Shown here: piece by piece, positions 18,945 through 27,354 of the stretch
Numbering within the stretch: the first letter of the stretch is position 1
How the letters are laid out: the number at the start of each line of letters is the position of its first letter
DNA from: an uncultured Peptostreptococcaceae bacterium
GTDB lineage: Bacteria > Bacillota > Clostridia > Peptostreptococcales > BM714
Direction of reading: 5' to 3'
DNA: 64,000 bases
Assembly: GCA_964644525.1 (NCBI GenBank)
Contig: CAZXWC010000002.1
Location: 41-64,040, forward strand
The notes under the pieces: model-generated
What the model was told of the DNA's origin: nothing
Databases searched by the model: none
Seen by the model: only the letters and a program-made list of their open reading frames with translations
Program-made: the position numbers and the translations under genes

Positions 18945-19829
18945 ATGGTACAAGCAGTTTTAGGTGTTTTAGGAGCAATGACGCTTTGGTTTAGTGCAGT
19001 ATTTGTAAAAGATTTTGCGGCTCATAAAGGAAAATTGGAAGACAATTCATGGGGAATTACATTGGGTATAGGATTCTTGGTTAACTTTTTCGACACATTG
19101 GGGATAGGGTCTTTTGCTCCCACAACCGCATTGCTTAAATTTTTCAAGCAAACAAAAGACAGAATAATACCTGGAACGCTGAATGTTGGATGCACTGTTC
19201 CGGTTGTTCTTGAAGCATTCATATTCATAGCCGTTATAGAAGTTGAAATAGTAACACTTGTTTCAATGCTTGCAGCAGCAACGGCAGGAGCTTATCTTGG
19301 TGCCGGAGTTGTTTCTAAATTTGATGAAAGAAAAGTGCAATTGGTAATGGGATTTGCCCTTTTGGCAACTGCTTTCCTTATGACTTCAGGACAAATGGGA
19401 TGGACTGCATCTCTAGGAACAGGCGAGGCAATTGGACTTACAGGCGGTAAACTTATATTTGCAGTAGTTGCCAACTTTATTCTTGGCGCTCTCATGACAG
19501 CGGGCGTTGGCCTCTATGCTCCATGCATGGCTCTTGTATACATGCTTGGAATGACTCCAAGAGTAGCCTTCCCGATTATGATGGGTTCTTGCGCATTCCT
19601 TATGCCGGTAGCTTCTGTTAAATTCATCAAAGAGGCTGCTTATGACAGAAAAGCTTCAATGGCAATAACAATAGCAGGAGCAGTAGGAGTTTTCATCGCA
19701 GCCTACATCGTAAAGTCATTGCCGCTTAGCATACTTACATGGCTTGTTATTGGTGTAATACTTTACACATCAATCACAATGCTCAGATCTGCTGCAAAAA
19801 ATAAAAAAGCAGAGGAAACTGCGGCATAA
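18945..19829 (+). CDS. TSUP/TauE-like membrane permease, last gene of the prd operon
   Basis: 294-aa polytopic ORF starting 25 nt after prdF behind AGGAGGAAAAG. A terminator follows. Confidence 0.7.
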   Translation: MVQAVLGVLGAMTLWFSAVFVKDFAAHKGKLEDNSWGITLGIGFLVNFFDTLGIGSFAPTTALLKFFKQTKDRIIPGTLNVGCTVPVVLEAFIFIAVIEVEIVTLVSMLAAATAGAYLGAGVVSKFDERKVQLVMGFALLATAFLMTSGQMGWTASLGTGEAIGLTGGKLIFAVVANFILGALMTAGVGLYAPCMALVYMLGMTPRVAFPIMMGSCAFLMPVASVKFIKEAAYDRKASMAITIAGAVGVFIAAYIVKSLPLSILTWLVIGVILYTSITMLRSAAKNKKAEETAA

Positions 19830-19873
19830 TTCATCGCCATCCATATTATCTCTTTAATATATATTATGAAAAA

Positions 19874-19907
19874 GGCTCGCTCCTTGACTGGCGGGTCTTT
19901 TTCTTTT
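19874..19907 (+). terminator. Rho-independent terminator of the prd operon
   Basis: GGCTCGC...GCGGGTC stem (two G-T wobbles) followed by TTTTTCTTTT. Confidence 0.6.
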
Positions 19908-19910
19908 GGT

Positions 19911-19939
19911 TTGTAAACAAATCCAGTAAGGATTATAAT
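19911..19939 (+). promoter_or_regulatory. SigA-type promoter (TTGTAA-17 nt-TATAAT)
   Basis: -35 TTGTAA 19911-19916, exact 17-nt spacer, consensus -10 TATAAT 19934-19939. Lies upstream of the small ORF and psuK. Confidence 0.55.
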
Positions 19940-19976
19940 GGATTTGAGATTAAATAAAGAAATGAAGGTGGATTGA

Positions 19977-20144
19977 ATGTACTCGGATTCCTTGGTATTT
20001 TCGGTAATGGCGTTTTGCGTTGGAATAATGGGGTTTTTCTATGGATTGACAGCTATAAAGGAATTAAAGGAACTCCAAAGGCGCATTTTTGAGATGGAGG
20101 AAAAGGTAAAAGAAGTGAATAAAAAACTTTACTACAGGGACTAG
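19977..20144 (+). CDS. Small (55 aa) single-TM protein, not in the ORF track
   Basis: ATG 7 nt after GAAGGTGG. 'MYSDSLVFSVMAFCVGIMGFFYGLTAIKELKELQRRIFEMEEKVKEVNKKLYYRD': a TM helix plus a charged helix. Sits between a consensus promoter and psuK. Confidence 0.4.
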   Translation: MYSDSLVFSVMAFCVGIMGFFYGLTAIKELKELQRRIFEMEEKVKEVNKKLYYRD

Positions 20145-20181
20145 AGCAGAATATTCGACAATATGGCCGGAGGCGGGACAG

Positions 20182-21132
20182 ATGAGCGGCAAGATTATGG
20201 TTATAGGCGGGATAAATGCCGATATTACAGGTTTTTCAGGAGAAGCTTTGCTGAAAAATGATTCAAATCCCGGAAGGATAGAAATATCAGCAGGCGGTGT
20301 TGCGCGCAACATAGGGGAGAATTTAATCAGGACAGGCTTTGAAGTATCCATTGCAACTGCATTCGCAAAGGATTCAATGGGACTCTTCCTAATGGACAAC
20401 TGCAAAAGCATAGGTATGGATATTTCTTGTTGCAAGATAGTTGACGGAGATGAACGGTCTTCAATATATCTTTCTGTTGTAGATGTCGACGGAGAGATGG
20501 AAACAGCGGTGAGCGACATGGAGATATTAGACAATCTGTCAATATCGGATATCAAAAAATCGTTTAAAAAATTTAAAGAGGCTGATTTTATTGTTATGGA
20601 TTCAAATGTATCTGTTGATATAATTGAATTTATAATGAAAGAATACAAACACAAACGTATAGTGATTGATCCGGTTTCAAGTTCTAAGGCGGCAAAATTC
20701 GAAGGTCTGGATTGGTCGGCGGAAATTATTAAACCCAACATTCTAGAAGCGGAAGTCATTTCGGGAATAAACATGGATAGTCTTGAAGGAAAAATAGAGG
20801 GCCTGAGGCGGATGAACGACTATGGAATCTCTTGGGTTTTGATGACAGATGGATCAAAAGGGGCATGGCTTTCTGGAAGGGGACACGTATACAGGTGTCT
20901 GCCATTTGTTGGGGAAAAGAAAAATGTCAATGGAGCTGGAGATGCTTTTTTGGCAGGGGCGGTTTATGGGCGAAGGAATGGAACGATTGAAACCGATATG
21001 CTTTATTATGGACATGCTGCCGCGTCTATAGCCATGGAAAGCTCTAAAACAGTCAATCCTGAAATGAGTGTGCAAGCTCTTGAAAAAAGGACGGAGGAGT
21101 TGAAGAGATGCTTGAGGGTAGAAGAAATTTGA
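20182..21132 (+). CDS. psuK: PfkB-family kinase, probable pseudouridine kinase
   Basis: Ribokinase/PfkB fold with C-terminal 'NGAGDAFLAG'. Overlaps and is coupled to psuG. Confidence 0.7.
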   Translation: MSGKIMVIGGINADITGFSGEALLKNDSNPGRIEISAGGVARNIGENLIRTGFEVSIATAFAKDSMGLFLMDNCKSIGMDISCCKIVDGDERSSIYLSVVDVDGEMETAVSDMEILDNLSISDIKKSFKKFKEADFIVMDSNVSVDIIEFIMKEYKHKRIVIDPVSSSKAAKFEGLDWSAEIIKPNILEAEVISGINMDSLEGKIEGLRRMNDYGISWVLMTDGSKGAWLSGRGHVYRCLPFVGEKKNVNGAGDAFLAGAVYGRRNGTIETDMLYYGHAAASIAMESSKTVNPEMSVQALEKRTEELKRCLRVEEI

Positions 21133-22049
21133 ATGAAATGATGCAAATAAAAGATGAAGTCAAGGACGCTCTTGAAAGCGGAAGACCGGTAGTTGCTCTA
21201 GAATCTACCATAATAGCCCATGGAATGCCCTATCCGGAAAATGTGGAAACGGCGCTGGCAGTTGAAGATATAATCCGTAAGGCCGGGGTTGTTCCGGCTA
21301 CGGTGGCTATTCTTGGTGGAGTTCTGAAAGTTGGGCTTTCAAGGGAGGAAATTGAGTATCTGTCAAAAGCCAAAAACGTAACGAAGGTAAGCCGCAGGGA
21401 TTTTCCTTTTGTTATTGCAAGGGGAAGCGATGGCGCTACGACAGTTTCAGGAACTATGATTGCGGCTGATCTTGCAGGCATAAGAGTTTTTGTTACAGGA
21501 GGAGTCGGAGGAGTTCACAGAAATGCTGAAAAGAGTTTTGACATATCAGCCGATTTGACGGAGCTTTCAAGGACAGGAGTGGCGGTTGTAAGCGCAGGGG
21601 TTAAATCAATCTTGGATATTGGATTGACATTGGAATATCTAGAGACAGAGGGTGTGCCGGTGGTTACTTTTGGAACAGAAGATTTTCCTGCTTTTTATTC
21701 AAGAGAAAGCGGATTCAAGGGAAGCTGCAAAGTTTCAGAATTTGATCAGGCGGCTGCTATGATGAAGGCGAAATGGGACTTGGGTCTTTCGGGAGGAATG
21801 ATAATAGCTTGTCCGGTTCCAGAACAATATGAAATTCCAGTGGAAGATATGGAAGGCACTATAGAAAAAGCCTTGAAATCCGCCGAAATGGAAGGAATAA
21901 GCGGGAAGGAACTTACTCCTTATCTGCTTTCTAAAATAAAGGACTTGACCGGAGGAAAAAGTCTTGAGACTAACAGGCAGTTGGTTTTTGAAAATGCAAG
22001 AATAGGCGCCAAAATAGCATCTGCTTATGCGCAGATGGAAAGAAGGTGA
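21108..22049 (+). CDS. psuG: Pseudouridine-5'-phosphate glycosidase
   Basis: 'PVVALESTIIAHGMPYPEN', 'TKVSRRDFPFV' and 'FDISADLTEL' closely match E. coli YeiN/PsuG as I recall it. ATG follows GGAGGAG. Confidence 0.9.
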   Translation: MLEGRRNLNEMMQIKDEVKDALESGRPVVALESTIIAHGMPYPENVETALAVEDIIRKAGVVPATVAILGGVLKVGLSREEIEYLSKAKNVTKVSRRDFPFVIARGSDGATTVSGTMIAADLAGIRVFVTGGVGGVHRNAEKSFDISADLTELSRTGVAVVSAGVKSILDIGLTLEYLETEGVPVVTFGTEDFPAFYSRESGFKGSCKVSEFDQAAAMMKAKWDLGLSGGMIIACPVPEQYEIPVEDMEGTIEKALKSAEMEGISGKELTPYLLSKIKDLTGGKSLETNRQLVFENARIGAKIASAYAQMERR

Positions 22050-22056
22050 AGACTAA

Positions 22057-22572
22057 ATGGCAAGAGGATATGTTCACGTTTATACTGGTAATGGTAAAGG
22101 GAAAACCACTGCTGCATTGGGTTTGTCCCTTCGGGCTGTATGTGCGGGGAAGAAAGTTTTTTTCGGACAGTTTATCAAAGGGATGCCATATAGCGAATTG
22201 AAGGCGGTGGAATATTTGCCGGGGTTTGAAATAAAACAGTTTGGAAACGACTGTTTCATTTACAGGGATCCAAGCGAAAGGGATGTTGAATTGGCCAAAG
22301 ATGGATTGGCTGAATTGGGTCGAATAATAAAATCCGGCAATTATGACATGGTTGTAATGGATGAAGTCAATATCGCTATATATTTCAAACTTTTTAAAGT
22401 AGAGGATGTTATTGAGATTTTGTCTGGACGGCCGCAAAAGACAGAGGTGGTTTTAACTGGCAGATACGCGCCAGATGAACTTGTCGATTATGCCGATCTT
22501 GTTACTGAAATGAAGGAAATAAAACATTATTATAAGCAAGGCGTTGAAGCCAGGACGGGTATTGAAAAATAG
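22057..22572 (+). CDS. cobO: Cob(I)yrinic acid a,c-diamide adenosyltransferase (CobA/CobO/BtuR type)
   Basis: 'YTGNGKGKTTAALGLSLRA' P-loop and 'VVMDEVN'. 171 aa. Confidence 0.8.
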   Translation: MARGYVHVYTGNGKGKTTAALGLSLRAVCAGKKVFFGQFIKGMPYSELKAVEYLPGFEIKQFGNDCFIYRDPSERDVELAKDGLAELGRIIKSGNYDMVVMDEVNIAIYFKLFKVEDVIEILSGRPQKTEVVLTGRYAPDELVDYADLVTEMKEIKHYYKQGVEARTGIEK

Positions 22573-22634
22573 AAAGTGTGTCAAGGCAATACAATAAAAT
22601 GTGTTTTGGACGCCTGCGATGGAATCTAAAGCAC

Positions 22635-22667
22635 GGACAGAATGTCTTTTGATGTTCTGTTTTTTTT
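22635..22667 (+). terminator. Rho-independent terminator after cobO
   Basis: ACAGAATGTC...GATGTTCTGT imperfect stem followed by TTTTTTT. Confidence 0.5.
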
Positions 22668-22741
22668 ATACTGAAAAACATATGTAAATAGGTATAAGTT
22701 TGCTATAATTATATTTATAAATTTCAGTTTGGAGGAAAATT

Positions 22742-24238
22742 ATGAAACTATACTATAAGAGCAGCAGAGGCAGGGGTGGGGAAATTACGGCATCCGATGC
22801 GATAATAAGGGGTATTGCGGAGGACGGAGGTTTGTTTGTTCCGAATGTCTTGCCTGAGTTGAAAATGGATTTTTCGGAATTGAAAAATAAAACTTACAAA
22901 CAAATAGCCCGTGATGTAATGAGTCGGCTTTTGAATGATTTTGACCAGGAAGAACTTAATAATTGCATTGAAAATGCTTATGACGGCAAATTTGACACTG
23001 AGGACATAGCCCCTTTGGTCAATTTGGACGAAGAAGTGTCCGTTTTGGAGCTTTTCCATGGGCCTACGCTGGCATTTAAAGACATGGCATTGTCAATTCT
23101 TCCAAGATTAATGCAGGTGGCGAAAAAGAAAAACAATATAGAAGAGGACATAGTCATACTTGCTGCTACTTCTGGAGATACAGGCAAAGCGGCTCTTGAA
23201 GGTTTTTCCGGAGTAGATGGCGTTGAAATAATAGTGTTTTTTCCGGAAGATGGTGTTAGTCCAATCCAAAAGTTGCAAATGGTTACCCAGGAGGGAGAAA
23301 ACACGCATGTTGCAGGAATAAGCGGCAATTTTGACGATGCGCAGACAGGTGTAAAAATGATTTTTGCAGATGGGGAGTATGCCGAAAAACTGAAAAACAA
23401 AGGGTATCGCCTTTCGTCTGCCAACTCTATAAACATTGGCAGGCTGATTCCACAAACCGTATATTATTTTTCTGCATACGGACAATTGCTAAAGAATGGA
23501 ATTATAAAAAACGGTGATTTTGTCGATTTTGTTGTTCCTACGGGAAATTTCGGAAACATTTTGGCGGGATATTATGCTAAAAAAATGGGACTTCCGATTG
23601 GGCATCTTGTTTGCGCTTCAAACGAAAACAAAGTACTTTCGGATTTTTTCGAAAGTGGAAATTACGACAAGAACAGACTGTTGACAAAAACACAATCGCC
23701 TTCAATGGACATTTTGGTATCAAGCAATCTTGAGCGTTTGCTTTACGAAATTTCAGGTAGAAATGAAGGGCCTGTATCGGAATGGATGAATTCTCTTGAT
23801 GAAAAGGGCGCTTATCATATAGATGCATTTTTATCAGACTTAAAAGAGGATTTTGAGGCTGGCTGGATAAACGATTCGGAAGGTCGAAAATACATTGCGG
23901 AAGCTTACAGTAAATATGGATATCTTATGGATACACATACAGCTGTAGCTTATGGAGTAAATGAAAGAAGATTAAAGGAGCGGCAGCGCCATTCGGTTAT
24001 TCTTTCGACTGCAAGCCCATACAAATTTCCAAAATCTGTTCTTTCGGCCATAGACAATAAATATGAAAACTGGGATGAAATGGATTTGATGGAAGTCGTA
24101 TCTGAATTCACTGGAGGGGAAGTACCTCCTGGAGTCAAGGATATAAAAAAGAGAAAAGTTCTTCATGAATATGTATGCGGAAAGGATGGAATGAAGAGAG
24201 CAGTCGATAAATTTTTGGCGGGGAGGGATTCACAATGA
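22742..24238 (+). CDS. thrC: Threonine synthase (long form)
   Basis: 'ELFHGPTLAFKDMAL' PLP-lysine motif. 498 aa. Overlaps thrB by 4 nt. Confidence 0.9.
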   Translation: MKLYYKSSRGRGGEITASDAIIRGIAEDGGLFVPNVLPELKMDFSELKNKTYKQIARDVMSRLLNDFDQEELNNCIENAYDGKFDTEDIAPLVNLDEEVSVLELFHGPTLAFKDMALSILPRLMQVAKKKNNIEEDIVILAATSGDTGKAALEGFSGVDGVEIIVFFPEDGVSPIQKLQMVTQEGENTHVAGISGNFDDAQTGVKMIFADGEYAEKLKNKGYRLSSANSINIGRLIPQTVYYFSAYGQLLKNGIIKNGDFVDFVVPTGNFGNILAGYYAKKMGLPIGHLVCASNENKVLSDFFESGNYDKNRLLTKTQSPSMDILVSSNLERLLYEISGRNEGPVSEWMNSLDEKGAYHIDAFLSDLKEDFEAGWINDSEGRKYIAEAYSKYGYLMDTHTAVAYGVNERRLKERQRHSVILSTASPYKFPKSVLSAIDNKYENWDEMDLMEVVSEFTGGEVPPGVKDIKKRKVLHEYVCGKDGMKRAVDKFLAGRDSQ

Positions 24239-25119
24239 TACGTGTGAAAGTACCGGCTACAAGTGCAAATATTGGTCCGGGTTTTGATGCAATGGGCTTA
24301 GCTTTAAAGATGTATAACGAATTTGGATTTGAATCATTGGAAAAGGGTGTTTATATAGTAGGATTTCAGGAAAAATACAAAAATGAGGACAATCTTGTTT
24401 TAAGATCCGTAAGGCGTCTATATGAAGAGGCAGGAGAGGAATTAAAGGGAATAAGAATAAGCTTGAAGGAAGGTATTCCTGTTTCAAGGGGCCTTGGCAG
24501 CAGTGCCGCTTGCATAGTTGGAGGGCTTGTTGGGGCAAATGCACTTTTGGATAAGCCTTTTACAAAAGACGAATTAATTTCTTTGGCTGTTGAAATAGAA
24601 GGCCATCCCGACAATGTGGTCCCTGCATTCGAAGGAGGATTGACGGTTTCATATGCAAAGGACGGAAGTGTCAGGCATGAAAAAATAATTTTTGACTATG
24701 AAAAACTTTTGCTTAATGCATTGATTCCGGATTTCGAAGTTTCGACAGAAAAAGCGAGAGAGGCTTTACCTGAAAAATTCCCTTTGGAAGATGTCGTGTG
24801 CAATATTTCAAGGACGGCAATGCTTGTGGCATGCCTTGTAAACGGGAGATTTGAAAATTTATGGGACATATTGAGCGACAGGGTTCACCAGCCATACCGC
24901 AGCCGCTTGATAAAGGGTTTCGACTCTATAGAAGAAAAAATGCGTGAACTGGAATTTGACGGCTTGTTCATAAGCGGCGCAGGGCCGACACTTATGGGCG
25001 TTCTGTCGGAAAGCGACGACAAAAAAGTTGACGACTTAAAGGAATTTTTGACTTCCATGGAGAACATATGGAAATTGGAACCTGTAGGAATAGACAGGGA
25101 AGGAGTCCGAATACTTTAG
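24235..25119 (+). CDS. thrB: Homoserine kinase
   Basis: 'VPATSANIGPGFD' and GHMP motif 'PVSRGLGSSAA'. Confidence 0.9.
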   Translation: MIRVKVPATSANIGPGFDAMGLALKMYNEFGFESLEKGVYIVGFQEKYKNEDNLVLRSVRRLYEEAGEELKGIRISLKEGIPVSRGLGSSAACIVGGLVGANALLDKPFTKDELISLAVEIEGHPDNVVPAFEGGLTVSYAKDGSVRHEKIIFDYEKLLLNALIPDFEVSTEKAREALPEKFPLEDVVCNISRTAMLVACLVNGRFENLWDILSDRVHQPYRSRLIKGFDSIEEKMRELEFDGLFISGAGPTLMGVLSESDDKKVDDLKEFLTSMENIWKLEPVGIDREGVRIL

Positions 25120-25138
25120 CCTGGGAAGGAACCCACCT

Positions 25139-26422
25139 ATGATGGATAATGGAAAAATAGTAATAGAAAAACACGGGATTTCAAATAAATCCAAGTACAA
25201 AATCCTTTCAGGGTATGCATTGTATATGGTGTTTTTTGGATTTTTGATAGACAAGCCTTGGCAGATACTCAAAGGAATTTTGGATATAACAATGAAACCG
25301 GATTTGCTGATCACCGACTATATAAGCGTGGGGGGTATGGGCGCGGCATTTGTCAATGCAGGCTTGCTGGCTCTGATCTTTACGTTTATGATTTACATGC
25401 TCGGCGTAGATGTAAACGGACTTGCAGTTGTGGCGATTTCCCTGGCAGGGGGCTTTGCCTTGTTCGGCAAGAATATTTTTAATGTGTGGTTTATTCTTTT
25501 GGGTGTCCTGCTTTACTGCAAGATTAATAAAGAACCTTTCAGGAATCATGTCCTAATCGGCATACTTGGAACGGCCATGGCTCCCATGGTGACTCAACTT
25601 ATGTTCGCAACAGGGCATAATATATTGCAAAGATTTGTGCTTGGCGCTGCCGCAGGCATATTGTCGGGATTCATACTGCCTCCCTTGTCTTCCTATCTTT
25701 TGAGGGTTCACCAGGGCTACAATCTCTACAATGTGGGGTTTGCCGCCGGAGTAATAGGAACGGTCATGGTTTCGATTTTCAAATCATATGGTTTTATGCC
25801 TGAGAACAGGGTGATATGGTCTACAGGAAACAATTTGATTCTGGGAATTTGGCTTGGAATAATGTTTTTTTCAATGCTTGCATTGGGATGGTGGCTCAAT
25901 GGAAGAAGTTTTAAGGGCTATGCGGAAATATTCCAATACTCGGGCCGTGCTGTTACAGATTTCGTGGCTCTTGAAGGTTTCGCAAAGACACTTATAAACA
26001 TGGGCATTTTGGGATATATGTCGATGGCTTATATCCTTTTCATAAAAGGCGATTTCAACGGACCTACAATAGGGGGGATTTTCACAGTTGTAGGATTCGG
26101 GGCTTTCGGAAAGCATCCAAAGAATGTCTGGCCGATTTTAGCAGGAGTATGGCTGGGATCGGTGACAAAAGTTTGGAGCGCCAATGACCCTGCAATACAG
26201 TTGGCAGCCTTGTTCGGCACCACTTTGGCACCTGTGGCGGGAGAGTTCGGGCCATTCATAGGTATAATCGCAGGATTCATTCATTCTTCGGTCGTGCTAA
26301 ATGTCGGAGTTCTGCATGGTGGTATGAATCTTTACAACAACGGTTTTGCAGGGGGCATTGTTGCGGCGGTGATGATTCCACTGATAGAAGCTTTCGGAAG
26401 GAGAAAAGAAAATGATTCATGA
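25139..26422 (+). CDS. Polytopic membrane protein, DUF1576-like (function unknown)
   Basis: 427-aa ORF with about 10-12 TM helices, starting 19 nt after thrB. The DUF1576 assignment is from memory and needs an HMM check. Confidence 0.55.
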   Translation: MMDNGKIVIEKHGISNKSKYKILSGYALYMVFFGFLIDKPWQILKGILDITMKPDLLITDYISVGGMGAAFVNAGLLALIFTFMIYMLGVDVNGLAVVAISLAGGFALFGKNIFNVWFILLGVLLYCKINKEPFRNHVLIGILGTAMAPMVTQLMFATGHNILQRFVLGAAAGILSGFILPPLSSYLLRVHQGYNLYNVGFAAGVIGTVMVSIFKSYGFMPENRVIWSTGNNLILGIWLGIMFFSMLALGWWLNGRSFKGYAEIFQYSGRAVTDFVALEGFAKTLINMGILGYMSMAYILFIKGDFNGPTIGGIFTVVGFGAFGKHPKNVWPILAGVWLGSVTKVWSANDPAIQLAALFGTTLAPVAGEFGPFIGIIAGFIHSSVVLNVGVLHGGMNLYNNGFAGGIVAAVMIPLIEAFGRRKENDS

Positions 26423-26759
26423 AAAGCAAAGAATAGTTAAGATAATTGATGAAATGACGCTGTTTTTTTTCTCGATGGGGGCAAGGGATATTTCAACCAA
26501 TATAAGTATTCAAGACAGGGAGACGGTTATAACACTGGATTCCGATTTTACAGGAGAACAGAAAAAAAATATAGAAAAACTGATAAAATGCATGAAAATT
26601 CCAAAACAGGAAGGCATGGAAGAATACTATTGGAGCCTTAGCGGAGAATGCAATATTGATACCGAGCTCTCAGTTGTAGGCATGATGACGGATAAAATTG
26701 AAATGGAGATAAAAGACAACCGCATTCGGCTGGTATTGCACAGAGAAAAGCAACGTTAA
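26412..26759 (+). CDS. Hypothetical cytoplasmic protein (115 aa)
   Basis: Its ATG overlaps the end of the upstream membrane gene by 11 nt. I recognise no motif. Confidence 0.5.
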   Translation: MIHEKQRIVKIIDEMTLFFFSMGARDISTNISIQDRETVITLDSDFTGEQKKNIEKLIKCMKIPKQEGMEEYYWSLSGECNIDTELSVVGMMTDKIEMEIKDNRIRLVLHREKQR

Positions 26760-26996
26760 AGAATGAAGCGGTCGAATAGTTTCATTAACATAAAAACAAT
26801 TAGTGGGAAAGGCCTTAAATGCGTTAATTATTTATAAGTTGGCGCATTAGAGGTCTTTTTATAGTTGCAAATGCCGTGCCGATTTTTAAATGCCAGCAGA
26901 TGAAAATGTGTGGCATTAAAGGATTTGTGATATTCTTATAGAATAAATATTAAAGCGTGAAAATTAATTATACTTGCCGAAAGGGGGCTTTTCCTG

Positions 26997-27344
26997 ATGG
27001 GATTGGGGACCGATATCGTTGAAATTGATCGCATTCGAAACAATATGAACGAAAAATTCATTTTTAGGATTTTTACTGCTGAAGAAAGGTCTAGGATTGC
27101 CGGGAAAAGTTATAGGGCAGCTGGAATATTCGCAGCAAAGGAAGCGACCTCAAAAGCCCTGGGAACAGGCATTAAAGGTTTTGCCTGGCAGGATATAGAG
27201 ATATTGAAAAAAGAGAGCGGAAAACCCTATGTGCGCCTTCACGGAAAAGCGGAAGCACTGGCAAAGGAACAGGGGATAAAGGAAATGGAAATTTCCATCT
27301 CCCATTGCAGGAAATATGCAACAGCTGTCGCATTCTTTAGATAA
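26997..27344 (+). CDS. acpS: Holo-[acyl-carrier-protein] synthase
   Basis: 'GLGTDIVEIDRI' and 'FAAKEATSKALGTG'. Confidence 0.85.
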   Translation: MGLGTDIVEIDRIRNNMNEKFIFRIFTAEERSRIAGKSYRAAGIFAAKEATSKALGTGIKGFAWQDIEILKKESGKPYVRLHGKAEALAKEQGIKEMEISISHCRKYATAVAFFR

Positions 27345-27354
27345 GGAGACTTTC

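Noticed and set aside
22573-22741. Possible T-box or riboswitch leader upstream of thrC.
   Set aside because: The region contains only the cobO terminator and AT-rich promoter-like sequence. There is no conserved T-box sequence, specifier structure or other riboswitch core motif.
26811-26940. Hairpins upstream of acpS (TAAATGCG...CGCATTA plus T-run, and AATGCCA...TGGCATT), considered as a structured RNA.
   Set aside because: The first is adequately explained as the terminator of the preceding operon. The second is a short 7-bp stem with a large loop. I recognise no known motif.
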